A stretch of 41,554 nucleotides of DNA, taken from Candidatus Curtissbacteria bacterium RIFCSPLOWO2_01_FULL_41_18. Lineage in GTDB: Bacteria; Patescibacteriota; Microgenomatia; Curtissbacterales; GWA2-41-24. A program made the position numbers and the translations under genes. The stretch is taken from positions 1 to 41,554 of the forward strand of contig MFBQ01000025.1 of assembly GCA_001776475.1 (NCBI GenBank), read 5' to 3'. Of the stretch, positions 6,437 to 13,708 are shown one piece after another (the stretch's first letter is position 1; every line of letters begins with the position of its first letter). Below the pieces are notes generated by a model. That model had not been told where the DNA came from and ran no database searches. It saw nothing but the letters and a program-made list of their open reading frames with translations.

Positions 6437-8701
6437 ATGAATCCACAAACGCCAATCGAAAATCTTCCCGGCATTGGCAGTTATTATGGCCGCAAACTTA
6501 AAAAGCTGGAGATAAATACTTTAGAGGATTTGATCTACCACTTTCCATTTCGTTACGACGATTTCTCCAAAATCGCCCAAATCCAAAATTTAACACCCGG
6601 CGAAAAAATTAGTATTCAAGGTGTTATCTGGCAAATCCGAAACATAAGAACCAGACGCGGCAAATTCGTGACTACCGCTACTATTGCTGATCAATCAGGC
6701 ACCATCGAGGTCATCTGGTTTAACCAGCCTTATTTAACCAAAACTCTTAAAGCGGGACTTCAAGTTTCACTATCGGGAAAAGTTCAGCAAGACGGCAATA
6801 AAATTAAATTGGTCTCACCTTCATACGAAATCCTGCGCAGTCAGCAAACTCAAGTCAATCAACCCAATCGTCATCCTGGAGTGGCAACGACCACGATAGG
6901 ATCTAGAGATTCTGTCGTGAAGTTTACCCCGAATCAAAGAGAGATCCTTCGCTCCGCTCAGGATGACAGAAATGAGGGGCTCCAGAATGACAAGGTAGAT
7001 GGGCCGTCAACTCTCCATACGGGCCGCCTCGTACCTATTTACCCCGAGACTGAAGGCCTTTCATCCAAATGGCTAAGAGGGAAAATTGCCGCAATCCTGC
7101 CTGCTTATCTTAAAACACAAAAGGACTTCCTCCCCCAAAAAATTTTAGAAAGCCAAAAAATGATTCCGCTTGATTCGGCCTTGACCAAAGTTCATTTTCC
7201 CCGGAATTATCAAGATGTTGAGACGTCCAGACGCAGGCTGGCGTTTGACGAACTTTTCTTAACCCAGCTGATGTCACAAATGAGAAAACGTCAGTGGGCA
7301 GAAGAAAGGTCGGCCCCCAAAATGCACATCCCGAAAGTTAAGCTGGCAAGTTTTATAAAAAGTCTGCCTTTCGCGCTAACAGGCGCTCAAAATAAAGCCA
7401 TTGCGCAAATAATTGAAGATCTCAAAAAGCCAAAACCAGCTAACCGACTTTTGGAAGGTGACGTTGGCTCGGGCAAAACCGTGGTCGCTGCCTGCGCCGC
7501 TCTTGTGGCTCATACAAACAACTTCGACACCCTCCTGGCTGCTCCCACCGAAATCCTAGCCTTTCAGCATCACCAAACTCTCACCAAAATCCTTAAACCT
7601 TTTGCAACCAGTGTTGGCATCTGGACTGGATCTAAAAAACAAAAGGGCAACATCGTCTGTGGTACCCATGCTCTTTTGACAACTTTCAAAGCCGAAAGAG
7701 AAGTCGGCTTAGTGGTAGTTGATGAGCAACATCGCTTTGGAGTTGCCCAAAGAGCTAAATTATTTTTGGATCAATCAGAAGAGTTTACTCCCCATCTTTT
7801 GACCATGACTGCAACTCCTATTCCTCGAACTTTAGCCCTGACCCTTTATGGCGATTTAGACCTTTCCGTTCTTGACGAAATGCCAGCTGGCCGCCAAAAA
7901 ATTGCCACTTTCGTTGTACCTAATCACAAACGTACTGAGGCCTACAAATTCATCGAAAAACAAATTGAAGAGGGCAGGCAAGCTTTCATCATCACGCCTT
8001 TCGTTGAGCCTTCCGAAAGCATGAACACTGTCAAAGCGGCTATCGACGAGTTTGAAAAGTTGAAAAAAATTTTCAGTGACATTTTGTCATCGCGAGCGCA
8101 GCGAAGTGATCCAACACGCAAGATTGCTTCGTCTGTGACTCCTCACAATGACAGAAACAATGCTCCAATAAAACTCGGGCTACTTCATGGCCGACTCAAA
8201 TCAAAAGAAAAAGAATTGGTTATTGATAAGTTTAGGTCAAATAAAATTCACATCCTAGTCGCAACTCCTGTTGTGGAAGTTGGAATCGACGTTCCCAACG
8301 CCACCATAATGCTCATTGAATCGGCTGAGCGTTTTGGCTTAGCCCAACTTCATCAGCTACGAGGCAGAGTCGGCAGGGGAAAGCATAAATCATACTGTTT
8401 CCTATTTACAGATTCACAAGCCGAAAATTCTATCAAAAGGCTTAAAAGCATGGAAAAAATCGCCGTCGGATTCAAGCTCGCCGAAATAGATCTTAAAATG
8501 CGCGGAGCGGGCGAAATATTTGGCCTTAAACAATCCGGATTTTTAAATTTTAAAGTTGCCGACCTTTCCGATCGAGTCACAATCGTTGCAGCCCAAAATC
8601 AAGCCCACAATATCTTGATAGCTGACCATACCCTTAAAAAATTTCCTGCTCTTCACGCGAAACTCGAAACCCTCAAAAACCAATACTCTCAGCCAAATTA
8701 A
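6437..8701 (+). CDS. recG: ATP-dependent DNA helicase RecG carrying two in-frame repeat insertions
   Basis: Walker A (GDVGSGKTVVA), DEQH box (VVDEQHRFG), TATPIPRTLA, LLHGRLKSKEKE, and motif VI (QLRGRVGRG), with an N-terminal OB/wedge region. The 754-aa length exceeds my recollection of typical RecG length by roughly the size of the two inserts. Confidence 0.93.
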   Translation: MNPQTPIENLPGIGSYYGRKLKKLEINTLEDLIYHFPFRYDDFSKIAQIQNLTPGEKISIQGVIWQIRNIRTRRGKFVTTATIADQSGTIEVIWFNQPYLTKTLKAGLQVSLSGKVQQDGNKIKLVSPSYEILRSQQTQVNQPNRHPGVATTTIGSRDSVVKFTPNQREILRSAQDDRNEGLQNDKVDGPSTLHTGRLVPIYPETEGLSSKWLRGKIAAILPAYLKTQKDFLPQKILESQKMIPLDSALTKVHFPRNYQDVETSRRRLAFDELFLTQLMSQMRKRQWAEERSAPKMHIPKVKLASFIKSLPFALTGAQNKAIAQIIEDLKKPKPANRLLEGDVGSGKTVVAACAALVAHTNNFDTLLAAPTEILAFQHHQTLTKILKPFATSVGIWTGSKKQKGNIVCGTHALLTTFKAEREVGLVVVDEQHRFGVAQRAKLFLDQSEEFTPHLLTMTATPIPRTLALTLYGDLDLSVLDEMPAGRQKIATFVVPNHKRTEAYKFIEKQIEEGRQAFIITPFVEPSESMNTVKAAIDEFEKLKKIFSDILSSRAQRSDPTRKIASSVTPHNDRNNAPIKLGLLHGRLKSKEKELVIDKFRSNKIHILVATPVVEVGIDVPNATIMLIESAERFGLAQLHQLRGRVGRGKHKSYCFLFTDSQAENSIKRLKSMEKIAVGFKLAEIDLKMRGAGEIFGLKQSGFLNFKVADLSDRVTIVAAQNQAHNILIADHTLKKFPALHAKLETLKNQYSQPN
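6869..6994. mobile_element. Family-A palindromic repeat element (126 nt), in-frame inside recG
   Basis: Near-identical to 37300-37434 in carA. It has nested inverted repeats: gtcatcctg (6870-6878) with caggatgac (6959-6967), aggatct with agatcct, and terminal cctggag with ctccag. It translates as RHPGVATTTIGSRDSVVKFTPNQREILRSAQDDRNEGLQNDK. Confidence 0.75.
8085..8153. mobile_element. Family-B palindromic repeat element (69 nt), in-frame inside recG
   Basis: Termini tgtcatcgcgagc and ctcacaatgaca are imperfect inverted repeats. The termini and the aagattgcttcgtc core match the intergenic copy at 24850-24945. It translates within ILSSRAQRSDPTRKIASSVTPHNDRNN. Confidence 0.65.
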
Positions 8702-8745
8702 TTCACTGATTGACATCTTTGCACAAAGCACGTTATCATTGTATC

Positions 8746-9130
8746 GAAAACTGCATAGCTAAGCGCTGGCAGGTTTTTTGTTGGTAAAATGGGCAGCGAA
8801 AGAATTCCTCAACGCAGCAGAGTCTATCCGCGTGACGGTAGAGACACACAGCCATATAGAGGACCCTCTGCAGACGTTCCTCGAGTTCCTCGACCCCGTC
8901 GAAGAAAACTTGGCTCGCTTAGCATTGAAGCTCCACTAGGAGTACCAATTACCCCGAATAACGACTATCAACGCAGACGAACAAAGGACCACCAGATATT
9001 AACACCACTTACACGTGAACCAATCAGGCAAGTGCAGCAAAGCGGCAAGGGGTCTTTATTTGGCGGAACAAGCTCCGATTCAATACTAAGGGCAAGAAGA
9101 CGTTTCAGGTAATAGAGAGCAACAAGCCGC
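8746..9130 (+). ncRNA. Candidate structured non-coding RNA or long leader; class unknown
   Basis: This spacer is about 49 percent GC by my count over 8781-9130, against 24 percent for 9181-9250. An upstream promoter-like site has TTGACA (8710-8715), 18 nt, then TATCAT (8734-8739). A long-range pairing links 8758-8765 to 8916-8923 and 8768-8779 to 8903-8914. The only ORF here (8789-9112) is Arg/Pro-rich, has no RBS and is not protein-like. Confidence 0.3.
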
Positions 9131-9132
9131 TC

Positions 9133-9161
9133 TTGACGAGTAGTCTCTACCACACTATAAT
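9133..9161 (+). promoter_or_regulatory. Sigma70-like promoter of the rpmF operon
   Basis: TTGACG (9133-9138), a 17-nt spacer, then consensus TATAAT (9156-9161). Confidence 0.55.
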
Positions 9162-9257
9162 CCCCCCTAACCTCTTGATACGACAAAGCGATTTGTAGTT
9201 TCATAGACATAGGTATCTAAATTTTTATTTTTGATGTTTAATATTTGATTTTTAATC

Positions 9258-9449
9258 ATGGGTGCACTTCCTAAGAAAAAACACGCAAAATCAAGGACTA
9301 GAAGGCGAAAATCGACAATTAAGCTTAAGGTGCCAAATCTGGTTACCTGCCCTAAATGCCAAAGTCTGAAATATCCGCATCGCACATGTCCAAACTGTGG
9401 CTTCTACAAGGAACCACGTGCATCCAGATCAGCGGATAAAAAGGCTTAA
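9258..9449 (+). CDS. rpmF: 50S ribosomal protein L32
   Basis: MGALPKKKHAKSRTRRRKS N-terminus and a zinc ribbon, CPKC...CPNCGFYK. Confidence 0.93.
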   Translation: MGALPKKKHAKSRTRRRKSTIKLKVPNLVTCPKCQSLKYPHRTCPNCGFYKEPRASRSADKKA

Positions 9450-9496
9450 ACCACAACCCTATAGTAGGGTTGCATCTTTGATGGGTTGATAGAATA

Positions 9497-9880
9497 ATGA
9501 AAACAAAAAGTGATCCTAGACACTTGAATCGCGTTAAAGATGTCAAATACTTATTTGAAAAAGTTTTCAGAAACGGCTTTCAACCTCCAAAAAACTCACA
9601 AGCAGGCAGAGTGCTTGAGCATCAAAAGGCGATTGACAAATTAATTATCCAGAATGCCCCTGCTTGGCCAATTTCCCAAATCGCACCAGTTGATCTGGCT
9701 ACCTTAAGACTTGCGATCTGGGAACTCTTATTTAATACTAAAAAAGAGCCCCACAAGGTAGTTGTTGACGAGGCCGTTGAAATAGCCAAGGAATTCGGAT
9801 CGGAGTCATCGCCTAAATTCATTAACGGCGTTTTGGGTTCTATAATAAGTTCAAAGTTGAAAGGTCAAATATCAAAATGA
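9497..9880 (+). CDS. nusB: Transcription antitermination factor NusB
   Basis: Conserved C-terminal block VVVDEAVEIAKEFGSESSPKFINGVLGSI. The protein is 127 aa. Confidence 0.85.
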   Translation: MKTKSDPRHLNRVKDVKYLFEKVFRNGFQPPKNSQAGRVLEHQKAIDKLIIQNAPAWPISQIAPVDLATLRLAIWELLFNTKKEPHKVVVDEAVEIAKEFGSESSPKFINGVLGSIISSKLKGQISK

Positions 9881-9923
9881 CAATTGGAAATCTAAAATTA
9901 AGGCTAAATACTTTAGCTACCGC

Positions 9924-9961
9924 AATTTTGACTTTTGATTTTTAAATTTTGAATTTTGATT
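9924..9961. repeat. AT-rich tandem word array (ATTTTGA-like words) abutting the ACP-like start codon
   Basis: aATTTTGActTTTGAtttttaaATTTTGAATTTTGAt. A similar array lies before rpmF at 9219-9255. Confidence 0.5.
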
Positions 9962-10213
9962 ATGACCGATACAGAAATCTTAGAAGATCTCAAAAAAATC
10001 ATCCATAAACAATTTGACATTCCCGAGGAAGACATAGAAGAAAACTCCTACTTTGACCAGGATTTAAATATTTCAGAATTAGAAATTGAAGATCTGATTA
10101 GTCAGGTTGAAGAAAAATATAACATTAAAATTCCGCAAGAGGTGATTCCTCCCTTTGAAAAAATTTCCGATCTGGTTGACTACCTCTATGAAAATACCGA
10201 AATCTCAGTCTAA
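9962..10213 (+). CDS. Acyl carrier protein-like protein
   Basis: It aligns by eye to E. coli ACP: FDQDLNISELEIEDLISQVEEKYNIKIPQE against [30 protein letters not shown]. The phosphopantetheine Ser is retained in an ISE context. It lies directly upstream of rnc, as I recall for the Bacillus subtilis ACP gene. The track ORF begins at a TTG at 9956; the ATG at 9962 is more likely. Confidence 0.65.
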   Translation: MTDTEILEDLKKIIHKQFDIPEEDIEENSYFDQDLNISELEIEDLISQVEEKYNIKIPQEVIPPFEKISDLVDYLYENTEISV

Positions 10214-10973
10214 AAAAAGTCAAAAAACAGCTTCTGCCAATTTAGCACAAGATCAGAACCTAAAGGATCTGCAAATTAAAATTGGTTTAACCTTCAGTGA
10301 CCAAACTCTACTAAAAAATGCCTTCATTCACCGATCATATCTCAATGAACATAAAAACTTCAGGGGTACATCAAACGAAAGGCTCGAATTTTTAGGCGAT
10401 TCTGTTATTTCCGTAATCGTCTCGCGATATCTTTTTGAAAAACTTCGCCAAAGCCCCGAAGGGGAATTAACTCAGCTAAGAGCTGCTCTTGTTAGAACCG
10501 AAACGCTGGCAAAAATCGCAAGGAAATTAAACCTCGGTAATTACCTGCTCCTTTCAAAAGGGGAGGAAGATTCCGAAGGCCGGCACAACAGCTCTATTCT
10601 GGCCAATACGTTCGAAGCACTTATCGGGGCTATTTATCTTGACAAAGGCTTTGAGCACACAGAGAAATTCTTGGCAAAAATGATCTTAGGCAACTGGCAA
10701 ACTCTGGCAAAAAGTGCGGTCTCTGACAATAAATCAAAACTCCAGGAAATTCTGCAGAGAAAATACCACCAATCACCTACATATAAACTTATCTCAACCT
10801 GGGGACCAGACCATGATAAAAAATTCCAAATTGGAGTTTATTTAAGCGATAAGCTTCTCGGCAAGGGCCTTGGTAGAAATAAACAACAAGCTGCCCAAAA
10901 AGCAGCCGAGAATGTTTTGGCAAAAATCGCAGTGGATCAAGACACAACAACAAACTTGAAGTTAGATAGCTAA
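10188..10973 (+). CDS. rnc: Ribonuclease III
   Basis: RNase III signature NERLEFLGDSV, a second catalytic block NTFEALIGAIYLD, and a C-terminal dsRBD (KSKLQEILQ...GLGRNKQQAAQKAAENVL). The track ORF starts at 10155; the ATG at 10188 gives a shorter overlap with the upstream gene. Confidence 0.9.
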   Translation: MKIPKSQSKKSQKTASANLAQDQNLKDLQIKIGLTFSDQTLLKNAFIHRSYLNEHKNFRGTSNERLEFLGDSVISVIVSRYLFEKLRQSPEGELTQLRAALVRTETLAKIARKLNLGNYLLLSKGEEDSEGRHNSSILANTFEALIGAIYLDKGFEHTEKFLAKMILGNWQTLAKSAVSDNKSKLQEILQRKYHQSPTYKLISTWGPDHDKKFQIGVYLSDKLLGKGLGRNKQQAAQKAAENVLAKIAVDQDTTTNLKLDS

Positions 10974-11031
10974 CTCTGAGATAATTATAAATCAACGCTG
11001 AACACAAAACGCCTAAAGCAAAATAATTTTC

Positions 11032-11066
11032 TTAAGCATTAGACGTTAAGCATTTAGCGTTAAGCA
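11032..11066. repeat. Tandem 14-nt word array upstream of rpsP
   Basis: TTAAGCATTAGACG, TTAAGCATTTAGCG, then TTAAGCA, ending 9 nt before the rpsP ATG. Confidence 0.65.
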
Positions 11067-11075
11067 AAATTAACT

Positions 11076-11363
11076 ATGAGCGTTAAAATTAGACTTTCAA
11101 AAACCGGTAAAAAACATCAGATTTCGTACAGGATAGTAGCTCAAGACTCAAAAAGTAAAAGGGACGGCAAATTTTTGGAATTGCTTGGTTACCATCTTCC
11201 TTATCGTGAAGACAAGAAAAGCACAAACATAAAGAAAGACAGGTTAGATTACTGGCTTTCCAAAGGAGCACAATTAACTGCGGGGGTGGCCAAATTAATT
11301 AGGCAATCAGGTAGTCAGGCTCTCGGGCCATCAGGGAAAAATCCTGAAAACCCAGTAACCTAA
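11076..11363 (+). CDS. rpsP: 30S ribosomal protein S16
   Basis: MSVKIRLSKTGKKHQISYRIVAQDSKSKRDGKFLELLGY is a typical S16 N-terminus. Confidence 0.93.
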   Translation: MSVKIRLSKTGKKHQISYRIVAQDSKSKRDGKFLELLGYHLPYREDKKSTNIKKDRLDYWLSKGAQLTAGVAKLIRQSGSQALGPSGKNPENPVT

Positions 11364-11381
11364 CAGCCTGCCGACCAAATC

Positions 11382-11615
11382 ATGGAAGACCTCCTAAAAT
11401 TTTTAATCGGGCCTTTAGTCACTGATGTTAAAAAAGTGAAAATAGAAAAATTTCAGGAAGATAAAAACATTAGATTCGTTGTTTCGGTACCTAAAGAAGA
11501 TATCGCCAAGGTAATCGGCAAAAACGGCAAAATGATAAAATCTATTAAAAACTTGCTCAAGGTAAGAGCCATTAAAGAAAACGTCTTTGCTTTCGTTGAG
11601 GTTATCGAAGTGTGA
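11382..11615 (+). CDS. KH-domain RNA-binding protein (UPF0109/YlqC-like)
   Basis: KH GXXG motif VIGKNGKMIKSI, 77 aa, in the conserved position between rpsP and trmD. Confidence 0.8.
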   Translation: MEDLLKFLIGPLVTDVKKVKIEKFQEDKNIRFVVSVPKEDIAKVIGKNGKMIKSIKNLLKVRAIKENVFAFVEVIEV

Positions 11616-12301
11616 AGATTGCAATCCTAACTCTTTTCCCCCTAGCCTTTGAGAACGTTTTTTCCGAAAGCATAATTAAAAAAGCTCAAGATAAAAAACT
11701 GCTCAAAATTACGCTTGTTGACATCAGAAATTTTGCTCATGATAAACACCAGAAAGTGGACGATAAACCTTACGGAGGCGGCAAAGGCATGCTTTTAAAG
11801 GTGGACGTGCTCGTTGAAGCCATAGAATCTATCAAAGAAAAACCGTATATAATCCTTCTAAGTCCAAGCGGTAAAACGTTTAACCAAAAGAAAGCACTTG
11901 GGCTTTCCCAAAAAAAATCATTGGCAATAATCTGTGGTCACTACGAAGGAATAGACTCCAGAATTGAGGAGTTTGTTGATGAAGTCATTTCCATCGGAGA
12001 TTTTGTGCTTACCGGAGGTGAAATCGCCGCAATGATAATTGTTGATTCAGTAGCCCGTCTAATACCAGGCGTCATTCACCCAGAGTCACTTGAAACAGAA
12101 TCTTTTTCACCAAAATACGCAAAAGAAAAGTCTGGGGGCTTCAGACTTGAGCACCCCCAGTATACCCGGCCTGAAAATTTTCGGGGTCATAAAGTTCCCA
12201 AAATACTTCTTTCAGGCAATCACCAAAAAATAGACCAGTGGCAAAAAAAAGAATCTGTTAAAAAGACAAGAAAAACTCGACCGGAGCTTTTGAAAAATTG
12301 A
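11612..12301 (+). CDS. trmD: tRNA (guanine37-N1)-methyltransferase
   Basis: Motifs ILTLFP, DDKPYGGGKGMLLKV, ICGHYEGIDSRI, IGDFVLTGGE and YTRPENFRG. The GTG start overlaps the upstream stop (GTGA). Confidence 0.93.
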   Translation: MKIAILTLFPLAFENVFSESIIKKAQDKKLLKITLVDIRNFAHDKHQKVDDKPYGGGKGMLLKVDVLVEAIESIKEKPYIILLSPSGKTFNQKKALGLSQKKSLAIICGHYEGIDSRIEEFVDEVISIGDFVLTGGEIAAMIIVDSVARLIPGVIHPESLETESFSPKYAKEKSGGFRLEHPQYTRPENFRGHKVPKILLSGNHQKIDQWQKKESVKKTRKTRPELLKN

Positions 12302-12331
12302 AGATAGGAATTTAAGGGTTTCTGTCTTTTT

Positions 12332-13102
12332 CTAAAAGGGTGCAAACAAATCATTCCTACCAAGCGGTACACTCGGCACTTGAGGTTGAGACGTGGCTGC
12401 AGTTTCTATAGCCTTAAGTCTTGCTACTTCTTCAGTTGTCAAATCTTCAATGGGGGTTTCAATAAGACCTAGATCTGAAGGCAACGACTTCCAAAAAGCA
12501 TCAACAGTCAAAGCGCTTCTCACCTGCAAACCACCCTCTGATGAAACCGCCGATAGCGTTAAGTTTTCAACACTAACTACACGTGACGAAGAATATAGAC
12601 TAGCCAAAAACTGCAAGAAAGAAGCGTAACTGCTGGTAGTCGACAACTCGAGTTGAATATTTGGTGCCAAACTTGAGGTAGCAGAATCGGTGGTTAAAGT
12701 AGTAGGCGGCGGCGCACCGGCTTTATTAATCGTTCCGGCAACTGCGTCAACCTTGTTTAAAAGAATTCCAGATGCTGAAGCCGTGATTTCAACTTGCCTG
12801 AGTAAGGAGAAAACCTCCTTGTCAGACGGTAAAAGCTGTTCAGCAGCCGCCAATTGCTTTTCTAAGGTGTCTTTATCCAGACTAGCTAACTTCTGGGCCT
12901 TTGTCTCCAAATTTTGAGCTCGCGTGGTGAGTTCAGCATTAGAAGACCTTAACCTTAATACTTCATGAAATTTTGGCCATACTACAAAAGTTAAAACTAC
13001 CAATGAAATTAAAATACCGACAGCAGACGGCGCAAGACTCAAACCTTTTGAAACTTCAAGGCTTTCTTGTTGCTTTGACAGTGATATAGTAGGCAGGTTC
13101 AT
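12332..13102 (-). CDS. pilO: Type IV pilus assembly protein PilO-like
   Basis: Position after pilM and pilN, a single N-terminal TM helix, and a coiled-coil segment (ELTTRAQNLETKAQKLASLDKDTLEKQLAAAEQLLP). The call rests on context and architecture. Confidence 0.55.
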   Translation of the reverse strand: MNLPTISLSKQQESLEVSKGLSLAPSAVGILISLVVLTFVVWPKFHEVLRLRSSNAELTTRAQNLETKAQKLASLDKDTLEKQLAAAEQLLPSDKEVFSLLRQVEITASASGILLNKVDAVAGTINKAGAPPPTTLTTDSATSSLAPNIQLELSTTSSYASFLQFLASLYSSSRVVSVENLTLSAVSSEGGLQVRSALTVDAFWKSLPSDLGLIETPIEDLTTEEVARLKAIETAATSQPQVPSVPLGRNDLFAPF

Positions 13103-13106
13103 TATC

Positions 13107-13646
13107 TTACTTTACAACTAACTTTCCAGACACGGAAAATGTATAAATGCCAGACTCACTTGAGCTTAAGGAATCTATAGTTACATCCGAGATAATTTCC
13201 GATCCCTTTGATAAAACCAGCGCCGAAATGAATCCGGCCACATCCGCGGAAGTTCTGGCTTTTCCAGAAAAAACAGCTTTACCGCCGGAAAATTTAATGT
13301 CAGTAAAATAGACACTTTGAGGAATTATTTCGGATAATGTATTTAATGCTTTAAGCTGATTGCCTCTGGCAGCAATAATTTTGGAAGCAGTAGATACCTT
13401 ATTCTTTGTTACAACCGCCAATTCCTCCTGAAGCTTGTAGCTGTCTATTGCCAGCGAACTTTGCGCAACTTTCGAATCCAACTTTTGCTTTGCAGAAGCC
13501 AGAGAGGCAAAAAAGGCTAATACGGCTACTGCCGAAATTGACGTAAACACCAAAAGCAAAACCGAAAGTAAACTGAGTTTCCTTCGAATACTTTCGAAAG
13601 TTTCCGTCTTTTTCTCGTCTACCGGTAAAAGATTTATCTCAGCCAT
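13107..13646 (-). CDS. pilN: Type IV pilus assembly protein PilN-like
   Basis: N-terminal INLLP motif, one TM helix, and position directly after pilM. Confidence 0.7.
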   Translation of the reverse strand: MAEINLLPVDEKKTETFESIRRKLSLLSVLLLVFTSISAVAVLAFFASLASAKQKLDSKVAQSSLAIDSYKLQEELAVVTKNKVSTASKIIAARGNQLKALNTLSEIIPQSVYFTDIKFSGGKAVFSGKARTSADVAGFISALVLSKGSEIISDVTIDSLSSSESGIYTFSVSGKLVVK

Positions 13647-13708
13647 CTAACTCTAGCGTAACAAAACTCAGACTTTTCGACAAGATTACTTAAATCCAAA
13701 ATCTTACC

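Noticed and set aside
8894-8903. Minus-strand TTCGACGGGG, resembling the 5' region of tmRNA
   Set aside because: There is no GGGG acceptor start at the right distance, and no T-arm or CCA end. A roughly 350-nt tmRNA on this strand would run into the recG coding sequence.
8789-9112. A 107-aa ORF on the plus strand in the recG-rpmF spacer
   Set aside because: Its composition is extremely Arg/Pro-rich (PRVPRPRRRK, RARRRFR). It has no RBS or word array before the ATG and no hydrophobic core. The pattern is typical of a chance ORF across GC-rich structured RNA or repeat DNA, so I treated the region as non-coding.
9060-9130. Collinear partial matches to E. coli RNase P RNA motifs (GGAAcAaGCUCCG, AGGGCAAG, AGGUAA, AGAGAGCAAcaaGCCGC)
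   Set aside because: If these were the P4 to J11/12 regions, the remaining roughly 250 nt of the RNA would have to overlap the strong rpmF promoter and the L32 coding sequence. That stretch shows none of the other conserved RNase P blocks (GGGUGAAA, GUAAGAGCGCACC, ACAGAACCCGGCUUA). The match is probably coincidental. Infernal should decide.
9455-9476. The shared 10-mer CCTATAGTAG at 2241-2250 and 9462-9471 as a regulatory motif
   Set aside because: There are only two occurrences, and a 10-mer match in 41 kb of AT-rich DNA is not very improbable. The second copy is simply part of a 7-bp hairpin (CAACCCT-atagt-AGGGTTG) after rpmF.
10155-10187. The upstream ATG at 10155 as the rnc start
   Set aside because: It would add an 11-aa hydrophobic extension (MKKFPIWLTTS) and a 59-nt overlap with the ACP-like gene. 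The ATG at 10188 is more parsimonious, but this is not proven.
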